From: Sphingomonadales bacterium
GTDB taxonomy: Bacteria; Bacteroidota; Bacteroidia; UBA7662
NCBI GenBank assembly: GCA_016872215.1
Contig: VHAX01000010.1
Span: 2,158 to 66,157, forward strand
DNA: 64,000 bases
Direction: 5' to 3'
Both the position numbers and the translations under genes were made by a program. Of this stretch, positions 56,054 to 64,000 are shown in pieces; within the stretch, counting starts at the first letter, position 1; each line of letters opens with the position of its first letter. The notes beneath the pieces were generated by a model. It had not been told where the DNA came from. It was given only the letters and a program-made list of their open reading frames with translations, and searched no databases.

Positions 56054-57568
56054 CTAAACGATTCTGCTACACAACAGCGTGGCCTGCGTGCATGAATCTA
56101 CCCTAACCTTCACATACTCACCCGGCTGCGCACCCAATCCATCAAACACACACATCTTATTTTGGCTGTTGCGACCACACATTTGTTCCTTCGACTTACG
56201 CGATGGGCCTTCCACCAATACCTCAAAGATCTTCCCGACGTCGGCCCGGTTGTCGTCGAGCGACAATTCCGACTGCAAGGCTATAATCTCCTGCAATCGT
56301 CGGTTTTTAACCTCTGCGGGAACATCATCCGGGTATTTTCGGGCCGCCAGGGTTCCGGGGCGCTCCGAATAGGAAAACATAAAACTCATGCTGTAGCGTG
56401 CCAGACGCATCATACTGAGGGTATCGGCATATTGCTCCTCTGTTTCCCCGCAGAATCCGGCAATCACATCGCTTGTGATGGAACATTCCGGAACGATCCT
56501 TCGTATCGCGTTCAACCTGCCTGTATACCACGCACGATCATAGGTACGGTTCATGCGGCGAAGCACCACAGAATTACCGGATTGAACGGGCAAGTGTATG
56601 CATTTAGCAATGTTCGGGTAAGCGGCCATGGTATGCAACACTTCGTCGGTGATGTCCTTGGGGTGACTGGTGGAAAAACGAACCCGCAACAATGGGTCGA
56701 TGGTGGCCACCCGCTCGAGCAACTCAGCAAAGCGTACTTCAGTGGACTTTGATGAGACGGTCGATTCGGAGGATTCGCGAGAATGAAGCGAATCAGAAAA
56801 TCCGGAGGAGGTAGAGGATTCAGGCGACCAACAGTAGGAATCGACATTCTGACCCAACAGGGTAACTTCCCGATAGCCGCGGGCGAACAAATCGCGGCAT
56901 TCATCCACAATCGTTTGGGGATCGCGACTACGTTCGCGGCCCCTGGTGAAAGGTACCACGCAAAACGAACACATATTGTCGCATCCCCTCATAATCGTTA
57001 CGAAGGCCAGAACACCGCCGCCACCCAATCGCACCGGAGTGATGTCGGCATAGGTTTCCTCGCGCGACAACAAGACATTCACGGCAGGCTGCCCGCTTTC
57101 CACCTGTCGCAGTAGATTGGGCAGGTCTTTATAGGCATCGGGACCCACAACCAGATCTACAAGCTGCTCCTCCTCTAATAACTTCGCCTTGAGGCGTTCA
57201 GCCATACAACCCAACACGCCGATGGAAAGGTCTTTATTTTTGCGCTTCACCGCCCTGAATTCCTTGAGTCGACCCCTTACTTTTTGTTCGGCATGATCCC
57301 GAATTGAGCAGGTGTTGATGAACACCACGTCGGCCTCCTCTATCTGAGTAGTGGGTTGATATCCCTCGCCTGCCATAATCGACGCAACAATTTCACTGTC
57401 ACTGAAATTCATCTGACAGCCGTAGCTCTCCAGATACATTTTTTTTGCGGCAGAACTTTGTAGCGTGTCAGAATCCGCCGCTGCCGTGTATACCTCGCCC
57501 TGTCGCTGCTCATCGTGCGGCACCGCTTGGGACTTTGCAAATACGTTGCCTGAAAAGGGATTTGCCAT
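56054..57568 (-). CDS. miaB: tRNA-2-methylthio-N6-dimethylallyladenosine synthase
   Basis: [24 protein letters not shown] radical SAM motif, TRAM domain; start at ATG 57568. Confidence 0.97.
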   Translation of the reverse strand: MANPFSGNVFAKSQAVPHDEQRQGEVYTAAADSDTLQSSAAKKMYLESYGCQMNFSDSEIVASIMAGEGYQPTTQIEEADVVFINTCSIRDHAEQKVRGRLKEFRAVKRKNKDLSIGVLGCMAERLKAKLLEEEQLVDLVVGPDAYKDLPNLLRQVESGQPAVNVLLSREETYADITPVRLGGGGVLAFVTIMRGCDNMCSFCVVPFTRGRERSRDPQTIVDECRDLFARGYREVTLLGQNVDSYCWSPESSTSSGFSDSLHSRESSESTVSSKSTEVRFAELLERVATIDPLLRVRFSTSHPKDITDEVLHTMAAYPNIAKCIHLPVQSGNSVVLRRMNRTYDRAWYTGRLNAIRRIVPECSITSDVIAGFCGETEEQYADTLSMMRLARYSMSFMFSYSERPGTLAARKYPDDVPAEVKNRRLQEIIALQSELSLDDNRADVGKIFEVLVEGPSRKSKEQMCGRNSQNKMCVFDGLGAQPGEYVKVRVDSCTQATLLCSRIV

Positions 57569-57574
57569 AAGCCG

Positions 57575-57606
57575 CAAAGATAACTCAAAATGCGACAAAA
57601 TGTCAG
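57575..57606 (-). promoter_or_regulatory. miaB operon -7 box (TATCTTTG, 57575-57582) with adjacent palindrome GACAAAATGTC (57594-57604)
   Basis: Palindrome is the exact reverse complement of the clpB upstream site GACATTTTGTC. Confidence 0.6.
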
Positions 57607-57682
57607 TATTCAACCTAATGGTTGCATGTTACGTTAAAATTATTTATAATCGTGGCAAAATACTAATTCTAAACCCACTCTT

Positions 57683-59563
57683 ATGAACCGTTCACTACTC
57701 CTTCTTATTTCTGGATTGCTGCTTACGCCATGGCTGCATGCCCAAACCGCTCGCCTTCAGCTCTACGAAGTATTCTCGGGTGAAAATTGCCCACCATGCG
57801 CCCCCACGAATGTGTATTTGCACAATCTGGCGGTGCCAAACACGGAGAAGATCATCATGATCAAATATCAGGTGCCCATTCCTAGCGCAGGACCCATTTA
57901 TTTTCAAAACACAGTGGACCCAAGCGCACGTCGCACATACTACACCGTGAGTTCTGCGCCCAATGCCCGTCACGATGGCACCATTATCGGCAGCGGACAC
58001 GGAGCAAACCTGACACAAGCAATCATCGACCAACGGGTTTCGACTCCATCGCCATTCTCGGTGAACCTTTCGCACAGTTTCAACGGTAACCGCGACTCCG
58101 TTTTCATTACAATGACCGTTACTGCCAGTCAGGCCATCGCCTCCGGAAACTGGGTCGGACATCTGGCCCTCATCGAGAAGCATATGAGTTATGCCACGCC
58201 TCCCGGATCCAATGGTGAGACCAATTTCTACAATGTGGTCCGTAAAATGTACCCTAGTGCAAGTGGCACCGCCCTTCCCGGTACTTGGACATCCGGGCAA
58301 ACCGAAACGGTTACTATAGCAGCAGCTGTACCCACCTACATCCGTGACCTCGCTGAGGTGGCCGTTGTGGGATTTGTGCAGAACAACACCACCAAGGAAG
58401 TAGCCCAAACAGAAATTAGTGAGCCGCTTCCTGTGCCCCTATACTCGCAGGCCATATTCAACGATAATACATTCTATCGTTGCAATTCGGCTTTCAATCC
58501 GGTTTTGGCCGTTGAGAACTTGGGGACTACGACCCTCACCACCATGGCCATTCGCCAGATCATTGGCACCAATTCCCAGTTGATTCAGTGGACAGGAAGT
58601 TTGGCTTCTGGTTCTACTACCAATATCACACTGAATCCGGTAACCTTAGCTTCTGGCACATCGACCTACACGTTCCGGATCGACAGCATGAACGGGGTAA
58701 TTCACCCAAGCGCTGTGCGTTCGACCGTTACTGGCAGCCTCTACTTCAGCGCAAATACGGTTACTCAGGCTACAAATACGTTCACAGGTGCTTTCCCTCC
58801 CGCGAATTTCGCTGTTCGTAACCAGTCATCCGGAACCAACGGGTGGACGCAAGCCGTTCAGGGTGCGAATGGCTCTCAGCGCAGCGCACGCATCAACTTT
58901 TGGGATATTGCCGCAGGCGAAATCAACGACCTGTATCTGCCCCGCCTTAATTTGTCGGCCGTAGGCGCTGGCAATGCCCTGAAGTTCTACCTTGCCCATG
59001 CACAATACAACACCAGCAGTGCCGACCGTTTGGACATTGAAGTGTCGACCGACTGCGGCCTGAATTGGAGTCCACTCTACACCAACAGCGGTCCTTCACT
59101 CGCTACCGTTGCACCAGTGGGCACTGCGGGATACGTTCCCACGAGTGCGGCTGATTGGCGCCAGGAGTCGGTAAGCCTCGATCAGGTGGCCGGACAAGCA
59201 AACGTGCTCATTCGTTTCCGCGGAGTCAGCGATTACGGCAATAATCTGTATATCGACGAGATTAATGTTCCCGTTTCCACAGTAGCGGTTGAAGAAAACG
59301 AACGCGATGACTTGTCGGTTACTCTCTTCCCCAACCCAGCACGTGATCTTGCGACCTTGCGTGGTTTCAATCCCGAAAATGACGTCATCTCGATCACCCT
59401 GCGCAATGCTGTGGGTCAGGTGATTCTAGAGGAAGAAATGGGAGCTACCCATGGTGCCTTTGAGTTCAGCGTCCCCACAAGCATACTCAGCGAAGGCATC
59501 TATACGGCTGAAGTACGCTCAGGCAATCAGTTGTCGGTACGCCGACTGGTACGCCGCCGTTAA
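57683..59563 (+). CDS. Secreted Omp28-like/thioredoxin-fold (CPPC) protein with T9SS type A C-terminal domain
   Basis: Signal peptide, EVFSGENCPPC, NVVRKM, LFPNPA...GIY C-terminal domain. Confidence 0.8.
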   Translation: MNRSLLLLISGLLLTPWLHAQTARLQLYEVFSGENCPPCAPTNVYLHNLAVPNTEKIIMIKYQVPIPSAGPIYFQNTVDPSARRTYYTVSSAPNARHDGTIIGSGHGANLTQAIIDQRVSTPSPFSVNLSHSFNGNRDSVFITMTVTASQAIASGNWVGHLALIEKHMSYATPPGSNGETNFYNVVRKMYPSASGTALPGTWTSGQTETVTIAAAVPTYIRDLAEVAVVGFVQNNTTKEVAQTEISEPLPVPLYSQAIFNDNTFYRCNSAFNPVLAVENLGTTTLTTMAIRQIIGTNSQLIQWTGSLASGSTTNITLNPVTLASGTSTYTFRIDSMNGVIHPSAVRSTVTGSLYFSANTVTQATNTFTGAFPPANFAVRNQSSGTNGWTQAVQGANGSQRSARINFWDIAAGEINDLYLPRLNLSAVGAGNALKFYLAHAQYNTSSADRLDIEVSTDCGLNWSPLYTNSGPSLATVAPVGTAGYVPTSAADWRQESVSLDQVAGQANVLIRFRGVSDYGNNLYIDEINVPVSTVAVEENERDDLSVTLFPNPARDLATLRGFNPENDVISITLRNAVGQVILEEEMGATHGAFEFSVPTSILSEGIYTAEVRSGNQLSVRRLVRRR

Positions 59564-59580
59564 TTAATCCAACCCAAATG

Positions 59581-59612
59581 AAACCGGGGTCTGACCGACC
59601 CTGGTTTTTTTT
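59581..59612 (+). terminator. Intrinsic terminator
   Basis: AAACCGGGGTC-TGACC-GACCCTGGTTT followed by a T run. Confidence 0.85.
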
Positions 59613-59794
59613 TGTCCCGCCCAACGATTAGTTCTGATTGTCGCACCCAACGATTAGTTTTGATTGTCGCACCCAACGATTAGTTTTGATTGTCCCGTCC
59701 AACAATTAGTTTTGATTGTCCCGTCCAACAATTAGTTTTGATTGTCCCGTCCAACAATTAGTTTTGATTGTCCCGTCCAACAATTAGTTTTGAC
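59613..59794 (+). repeat. Seven-copy 26-bp tandem repeat (consensus TGTCCCGTCCAACAATTAGTTTTGAT), no spacers
   Basis: Units start at 59613, 59639, 59665, 59691, 59717, 59743, 59769. Confidence 0.97.
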
Positions 59795-59814
59795 TAAAAT
59801 CCATAAACACTCCC

Positions 59815-61596
59815 ATGAGCATAACCCGCGTTTTCGACATTCTCGACCATCAAAAATCAACCCATGCCCTGCAAACGGCGCTGGCATGCAAGAAAAACGG
59901 ACGGTGGATCCACTATAGTACCGATGATTTTATAGAGCAGACCGGACGGGTAAGTCGCGGACTGCTTGCGGCGGGACTAAAGCCTGGGGATAAAATTGCC
60001 AATGTATCGAACAACCGTCCGGAGTGGAACATTCTGGATATGGGTATGTTGCAGGCAGGCATGGTGCATGTGCCACTCTACCCCACCATTACCGACGACG
60101 ACTACCGCTACATTTTGAAACACGCCGAGGCACGAATGGTGTTCGTGTCGAGTCGTGAGTTGTATGAACGGATCAACAAAATCGCGGTAGAAATCCCGGA
60201 AATTCTGGGGGTTTACACCTACGATGATGTTGAAGGGGCTCCCCATTGGAGCCAAATACCGGATCAGGCGGAACAAATTCCGGTCGCACAAGTGGATGCG
60301 ATCAAAGCAACTGTTCGTGCCGAAGATTTATTTACACTAATCTATACCTCTGGCACTACGGGTTTCCCGAAAGGCGTCATGCTCTCCCACAACAATGTAG
60401 TGAGCAACCTGCTTGCCTCATCCCCAAGGGTACCGTGCGAGGCAGGCGATAAATGCCTGAGTTTCCTCCCATTATGCCACATTTTCGAGCGGATGCTCAC
60501 CTACATGATGATGTATCGGTCGATTTCCATCTACTATGCAGAGAGCATGGAGACGATTGGCGAAAACCTGAAGGAAATAAAACCCGACTTTTTCTCTTCA
60601 GTGCCGCGCTTGCTGGAGAAGGTATTCGACAAAATTGTGGCCAAGGGCCACGAGCAAACGGGAATTAAGAAGAAATTGTTTTTCTGGGCTCTTAACCTCG
60701 GTTTGCGCTATGAATTGAACGGGGTCAACGGACTCTGGTATGAATGGCAACTGAAGATTGCGAACAAAATTATTTTCAGCAAATGGCGTGAGGCGCTGGG
60801 TGGACGGGTGAAGGCGATTGTGAGCGGTGCCGCAGCCTTGCAACCCCGCCTGGCCCGCATCTTCTGGTCGGCCCAGATTCCGGTTCTGGAAGGTTACGGT
60901 CTCACCGAAACCTCCCCTGTAATTGCAGTTAATAATCTGGCCACAATGCGGGTGGAGTTCGGATCCGTGGGTCCGGTACTGGAGTCGATTGAAGTCAAAA
61001 TCGCTGAAGACGGCGAGATTTGTTGTCGAGGCAGCAACGTCATGATGGGATATTACAAGAGCCCTGAGCTCACCGCCGAGGTGATTGACAGCGATGGCTG
61101 GTTTCATACGGGTGATATTGGCCGGTTCACCGAGCAGGGCAACCTGAAAATCACAGACCGCAAGAAGGAAATCTTTAAGACCTCAGGTGGAAAGTACATT
61201 GCCCCACAGGTAATGGAAAATCGCTTTAAGGAATCGGTCTACATCGAACAGTTGATTGTGGCCGGTGAGGGTCGGAACTTCCCGTCGGCCCTCATTACGC
61301 CGGCTTGGGAGACCCTTGCACTATGGTGCAAACAGGAAGGAATCGCGGTCGGGTCTCACCACGAGCTGATCAGAGATCCAAGAGTCGTTCAATTGTACCA
61401 GACGGAGATTGACCGCTATAACACCGGTTTTGGGCAGTGGGAACAAGTGAAACGATTCGCCATCCTGCCGGTATCCTGGGGTATCGACAGCGGCGAGTTG
61501 ACTGCCACCATGAAACTGAAGCGCAAGGTAATCATGGAGAAATACAAGGCCGATTACGAGGGCTTGTATGCCGATGTAGCCTCGGGTCAAATCTAA
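59815..61596 (+). CDS. fadD: Long-chain fatty acid-CoA ligase (AMP-dependent synthetase)
   Basis: YTSGTTGFPKG, EGYGLTETSP, WFHTGD, DRKK, GGKYIAP. Confidence 0.9.
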   Translation: MSITRVFDILDHQKSTHALQTALACKKNGRWIHYSTDDFIEQTGRVSRGLLAAGLKPGDKIANVSNNRPEWNILDMGMLQAGMVHVPLYPTITDDDYRYILKHAEARMVFVSSRELYERINKIAVEIPEILGVYTYDDVEGAPHWSQIPDQAEQIPVAQVDAIKATVRAEDLFTLIYTSGTTGFPKGVMLSHNNVVSNLLASSPRVPCEAGDKCLSFLPLCHIFERMLTYMMMYRSISIYYAESMETIGENLKEIKPDFFSSVPRLLEKVFDKIVAKGHEQTGIKKKLFFWALNLGLRYELNGVNGLWYEWQLKIANKIIFSKWREALGGRVKAIVSGAAALQPRLARIFWSAQIPVLEGYGLTETSPVIAVNNLATMRVEFGSVGPVLESIEVKIAEDGEICCRGSNVMMGYYKSPELTAEVIDSDGWFHTGDIGRFTEQGNLKITDRKKEIFKTSGGKYIAPQVMENRFKESVYIEQLIVAGEGRNFPSALITPAWETLALWCKQEGIAVGSHHELIRDPRVVQLYQTEIDRYNTGFGQWEQVKRFAILPVSWGIDSGELTATMKLKRKVIMEKYKADYEGLYADVASGQI

Positions 61597-61639
61597 ATCA
61601 CACTTGCCCACACTATTTCCGTATTTTTGCGGGCTTCCG

Positions 61640-61715
61640 GATCCCGTAGCTCAATGGATAGAGCAACTGCCTTCTAAGCAGTAGGTTACTGGTTCGACCC
61701 CAGTCGGGATCGCCA
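61640..61715 (+). tRNA. tRNA-Arg (TCT), CCA encoded
   Basis: GATCCCG/CGGGATC acceptor stem, ACTGC-CT-TCT-AA-GCAGT; TATTTTTG box at 61622. Confidence 0.97.
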
Positions 61716-61807
61716 TCATCGTTCTTTTTGGTTGGGTGTATTTTCCTCTAATCTGCCCTTTATTTCACAAATGCGGTTATCTTTGCACCCGCGTTTTCAA
61801 ACAGCCC

Positions 61808-61894
61808 GGTGAGATGGGTGAGTGGCTGAAACCAACAGTTTGCTAAACTGTCGTGCGGGTAACCGTACCCCGGGTTCGAATCCCGGTCTCACCG
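61808..61894 (+). tRNA. tRNA-Ser (GCT)
   Basis: GGTGAGA/TCTCACC acceptor stem, ACAGT-TT-GCT-AA-ACTGT, long variable arm; TATCTTTG box at 61778. Confidence 0.97.
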
Positions 61895-61918
61895 CAACCT
61901 TTGACCCATGCGGTCAAA

Positions 61919-61992
61919 CGGGGTGTAGCGTAGCCCGGTATCGCGCCTGCTTTGGGAGCAGGAGGCCGTCAGTTCGAATCTGGCCACCCCGA
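61919..61992 (+). tRNA. tRNA-Pro (TGG)
   Basis: CGGGGTG/CACCCCG acceptor stem, CCTGC-TT-TGG-GA-GCAGG. Confidence 0.97.
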
Positions 61993-62002
61993 CTTGATAA
62001 TC

Positions 62003-62061
62003 AGGGAGTTAGCAATCCAATTTGATAGCTCCCTTTTTTATGTGCATACAATTTGCATACA
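62003..62061 (+). other. Hairpin/terminator after tRNA-Pro followed by a TGCATACA direct repeat; probable island junction
   Basis: AGGGAGTTA...TAGCTCCCT-TTTTT; TGCATACA at 62043 and 62054; AT-richer sequence downstream. Confidence 0.55.
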
Positions 62062-62568
62062 GAAGGCGTCAAAACCTCAATCGTCCAATCTTGCTCAAAC
62101 GCTGGTGATGGTCTTACCAAATACTGATAGCGAAAAGGGCATCGAAAGTAGCAGGTGGCTCATAAAACAAAGGAAATGCTCGTCGGGCTTCTTACGCAAT
62201 CACGCTGTGAGGTGATTGTAACTTTGCTTGAATGAGATTTTAAGCCATCCACGATAAATTTCTTTTTTGTTTATCTTTCGGCAGTTGTTTTTACCTGAAA
62301 GCGATACTGCTGCGGACTAATCAAACAACCGACAACAACGTAATATCTATGGACATCAAAGACCAAATCAAACAATTAGTGGACGGTATGGCGCTAGCAA
62401 CATCAGCAATATCAAGAGAAATTGCGGGTGATAAGTTGGCAACTTGCAATTTATTATTAACTATAATTGGAATAAAACTTCGCTTTTACATCTGATTCGG
62501 GTGTATAAGCGATATAAAACTTCGCGTATAAACAAGTTATAAACAATTTAATTTAAACAAGAATAGAA

Positions 62569-63126
62569 ATGACAAAACTGAAATCAACTGCGAGCGGAGT
62601 ATGCGCCCCATACCCCAACTACCGAACCAAAACCTTACTACGTGCCATGACTTATGCCGTGTGGCTGTTGCTGGTGGTGTCGGCATGCAAAAAAGAGAAT
62701 GACCAAAATGACCCTAATCCCTTGTTGGTTTACGAAGTAGCACTGGACGCCTTTGTAGCGGATTTGCAGGCACAACCTCTCGATTCTGCTGGCCTTTCCG
62801 CTCGGGTACGGGATTATTTGGCGCCCAAATCGGAGAGTTTCTTTGGTGCCACCGTGGCGCTATTGGACAGCACCGGAAAGGCGTACTACAGCCCCTATTG
62901 GTACCGCCTGAACGATATCTTGGCTCTGAAAAACTTGGCAGACTCGGCCTATCAAATAGACGAACAAGCGTGGCTGCGCCAGCCTATAGACAGTGGTTAT
63001 GCCATTTGGACCGAGCCTTATTTTGATGCCGGAGGTGGCGAGGTGTGGATGAGAACACGCGCCGTTCCGGTAGTCGTAAACAGCGAAATAGTGGCTGTGG
63101 CCACCACAGATGTAAAAGTGCAATAA
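62569..63126 (+). CDS. Lipoprotein with Cache/PDC-like sensor domain
   Basis: VVSAC lipobox; WTEPYFDAGG...MRT..VP...VAVATTDV resembles a Cache ligand pocket; start may be 62647. Confidence 0.7.
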   Translation: MTKLKSTASGVCAPYPNYRTKTLLRAMTYAVWLLLVVSACKKENDQNDPNPLLVYEVALDAFVADLQAQPLDSAGLSARVRDYLAPKSESFFGATVALLDSTGKAYYSPYWYRLNDILALKNLADSAYQIDEQAWLRQPIDSGYAIWTEPYFDAGGGEVWMRTRAVPVVVNSEIVAVATTDVKVQ

Positions 63127-63150
63127 TCGTAACCCAACTAAAACCATAGA

Positions 63151-63690
63151 ATGATGAAAAAAGCAATGTACATTTTGACCATCTCCTTCGCCCTTGCCAT
63201 AGCAATGACGGGCTGCAACTCTTCGAGCAACGAGCAAGTGCGGAACACCGACTCCGATTCATTGCTCCTTGCGGCTGAACAAGGCATCCGAGAAGCCAAC
63301 GACCGACTGTATGTAGGATTGAACGACATGTTTGAAGGCGACATGCAAGTGCTGAATGCGCTGTGGTCGCACAGCGAATCAACTACGTACATGGGGCCTT
63401 TTGGCGGTTCTATCACGGGATGGACTGCAATAAGGGAAGATTTTAACAAGGTGGCAGCCATGAAATTGGGCGGGAAAATTACAGGCAGCAACGTCCATGT
63501 GTTTCCGGGAACAAACATAGGCTACACAACCTGCGTGGAAGTGGGCGAAAACATAAGCCCGGATGGCACGCCGGTAGAAGTAAGCCACCGCGCTACCAAT
63601 ATTTTTCAACTGCAAGAGGGCCAATGGCGATTGATTCACCACCACACCGACATTTCCACCCAACTGGAAACGGCATTCGAAAAGGATTAG
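63151..63690 (+). CDS. SnoaL/NTF2-like (YybH family) lipoprotein
   Basis: MTGC lipobox, ANDRLY..LN, RATNIF...WRLIHHH. Confidence 0.8.
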   Translation: MMKKAMYILTISFALAIAMTGCNSSSNEQVRNTDSDSLLLAAEQGIREANDRLYVGLNDMFEGDMQVLNALWSHSESTTYMGPFGGSITGWTAIREDFNKVAAMKLGGKITGSNVHVFPGTNIGYTTCVEVGENISPDGTPVEVSHRATNIFQLQEGQWRLIHHHTDISTQLETAFEKD

Positions 63691-63749
63691 CTTTAATTAA
63701 GCGAGAATAAAAGAATATTAGTTCAAGAAATTTATCCTATACTTTCACT

Positions 63750-64000
63750 ATGAGTAAGATTTTAACCCCAGAACAAACCGCCATTACTGAACAGTTTCAA
63801 GCACATATTGACGCTGAAATTCGCGGTGACCTAGACACGACTCTGTCGACAATGACATCAAGTCCACATTTAAATAATATACCAACAATGATTGGAGGTA
63901 TAGGAAAAGAAGGAGTAAAAAACTTCTATGCAAGTTTAATTCCTTTTGGTAAATTTTTTCCGCCTGATCTTGAAATGGTTCCTATTTCTCAAACAATTGA
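63750..64000 (+). CDS. SnoaL-like ester cyclase family protein; 3' end outside the window
   Basis: Manual translation MSKILT...H..AE...DLDTTLSTM...PHLNNIPTMIGG.G...V..FY...FFPPD. Confidence 0.7.
   Translation, partial: MSKILTPEQTAITEQFQAHIDAEIRGDLDTTLSTMTSSPHLNNIPTMIGGIGKEGVKNFYASLIPFGKFFPPDLEMVPISQTI

Noticed and set aside
59613..59794. 26-bp array as a CRISPR array
   Set aside because: Units are contiguous with no unique spacers, and there are no cas genes in the window

Overview
64 kb of a Bacteroidota chromosome. The evidence is a Bacteroidota-type primary sigma factor, TAnnTTTG -7 promoter boxes, T9SS-sorted proteins and no obvious Shine-Dalgarno sites. Content is mostly housekeeping: tRNA-Leu-tig-clpP-clpX, relA/spoT, purA, pabB, rpsF-rpsR-rplI, dnaX, clpB, prfC, rpoD, rpsO-pnp, fbaB-accD, comEC, sufBCDSE-sufT, fabH-like, PTPS-folE-SDR-photolyase, sdhCAB, miaB-sigma54 activator-lptE-TPR-secG, groES-groEL, fadD and tRNA-Arg/Ser/Pro, followed by the probable edge of an accessory island. 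Leads by eye: (1) a GACA-N3-TGTC palindrome upstream of clpB, groES and the operon encoding a sensor-less sigma54 activator, with -24/-12-like promoters at clpB and groES, suggesting a sigma54-driven chaperone regulon; (2) a 7 x 26-bp tandem array carrying repeated -7 promoter boxes before fadD; (3) an HNH-AP2 protein with a degenerate nuclease site; (4) a PTPS-II/FolE/Tyr-less SDR/photolyase pterin module; (5) several apparently leaderless genes; (6) a frameshifted UvrD-like helicase relic beside an 82-bp tandem repeat. No CRISPR array, integrase or transposase was seen. All calls come from reading the sequence; no searches were run.
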